DNA of 32,000 bases from Oligoflexia bacterium (GTDB taxonomy: Bacteria > Bdellovibrionota > UBA1018), in the NCBI GenBank assembly GCA_031292385.1, contig JARLHE010000030.1, positions 48,682 to 80,681 on the forward strand, written 5' to 3'. The notes under the pieces are model-generated. The model ran no database searches. It saw only the letters and a program-made list of their open reading frames with translations, and was not told where the DNA came from. The translations under genes were made by a program, and so were the position numbers. Positions 31,774-32,000 of the stretch are shown here, piece by piece (the first letter of the stretch is position 1; each line of letters begins with the position of its first letter).

Positions 31774-32000
31774 TGAAAAAGAACGCATCAGGCCAGAGCA
31801 CCGTCGAATTCATTCTCACGATGACCCTGATGATGGGGTTCGTCCTGTTTTTCCTGCAGATCAGCCTCGTTTTCGCTTTCGGCAATTACGCGCACTACGC
31901 CACTTTCATGGCGGCCCGGGCCTACCTTTCGGCCTCCGAGCATGCCGATGAGCAGGAGCAGCGGGCCATCAACGTCATCGCCTTGATGCTGAAGAAAAGC
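31773..32000 (+). CDS. tadE: TadE-like pseudopilin, N-terminal part (runs off the right edge)
   Basis: Absent from the track because it has no stop in the window. My translation from ATG 31773 is MKKNASGQSTVEFILTMTLMMGFVLFFLQISLVFAFGNYAHYATFMAARAYLSA... This is the TadE/TadG N-terminal motif (G-QSTVEF plus a hydrophobic helix). ATGA-type overlap with the upstream stop. Confidence 0.7.
   Translation, partial: MKKNASGQSTVEFILTMTLMMGFVLFFLQISLVFAFGNYAHYATFMAARAYLSASEHADEQEQRAINVIALMLKKS

Noticed and set aside
1-32000. Scan for CRISPR arrays, rRNA or tRNA genes and prophage or integrase hallmarks.
   Set aside because: I saw no regularly spaced direct repeats, no rRNA-like conserved stretches, no tRNA cloverleafs with T-loop signatures, and no phage or integrase-like ORFs by eye. 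tRNAscan-SE or Infernal runs would be needed to confirm the absence.

Overview
This is a gene-dense, moderately GC-rich bacterial chromosome segment. I recognised no rRNA, tRNA, CRISPR array, transposase or integrase. The gene content (TIGR02147/DUF4423 paralog, AgmX-type TonB-C protein, GYF protein, Flp/Tad genes) suggests a Bdellovibrio-like or myxobacteria-like predatory lineage; that placement is inference only.

Gene order, left to right:
- 1-2153: a partial GAF-domain (probably sigma-54) regulator and a thiolase.
- 2201-6548: a tolQ-tolR-tolA-tolB operon without pal, preceded by a CPBP-like membrane protein.
- 6605-13212: a cell-division and envelope block, ftsE-ftsX-envC-like-ctp, then xseA and an intact M23 peptidase.
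- 13209-16517: an SH3b protein, an unknown secreted protein, an OmpR-type two-component pair and a Gre-like factor.
- 16518-30248: two minus-strand operons that together look like an Agl-Glt-type envelope-spanning gliding machine. One holds a small secreted protein, an AgmX/GltG-like protein, an outer-membrane barrel, a TPR-like protein and a GYF protein. The other holds a Cys-rich anchored protein, MotA/ExbB, two ExbD and an 1193-aa TPR lipoprotein.
- 30428-32000: the start of a Flp/Tad pilus locus with three Flp-like prepilins, cpaA and a tadE-like gene.

Most notable observations:
- The two Glt-like operons are separated by a 2.1-kb two-gene module (TIGR02147-type HTH protein plus a divergent unknown secreted protein). 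The module is bounded by composite inverted palindromic repeats.
- Both operons start with a roughly 48-nt block that is about 85 percent identical. It places a -35/-10 pair right against the ATG with no Shine-Dalgarno, which predicts co-regulated leaderless transcripts.
- A roughly 100-nt multi-stem leader with a perfect 10-bp closing helix precedes the secreted-protein gene.

Most long ORFs in the track that lie antisense to these genes are rejected as GC-driven shadows.
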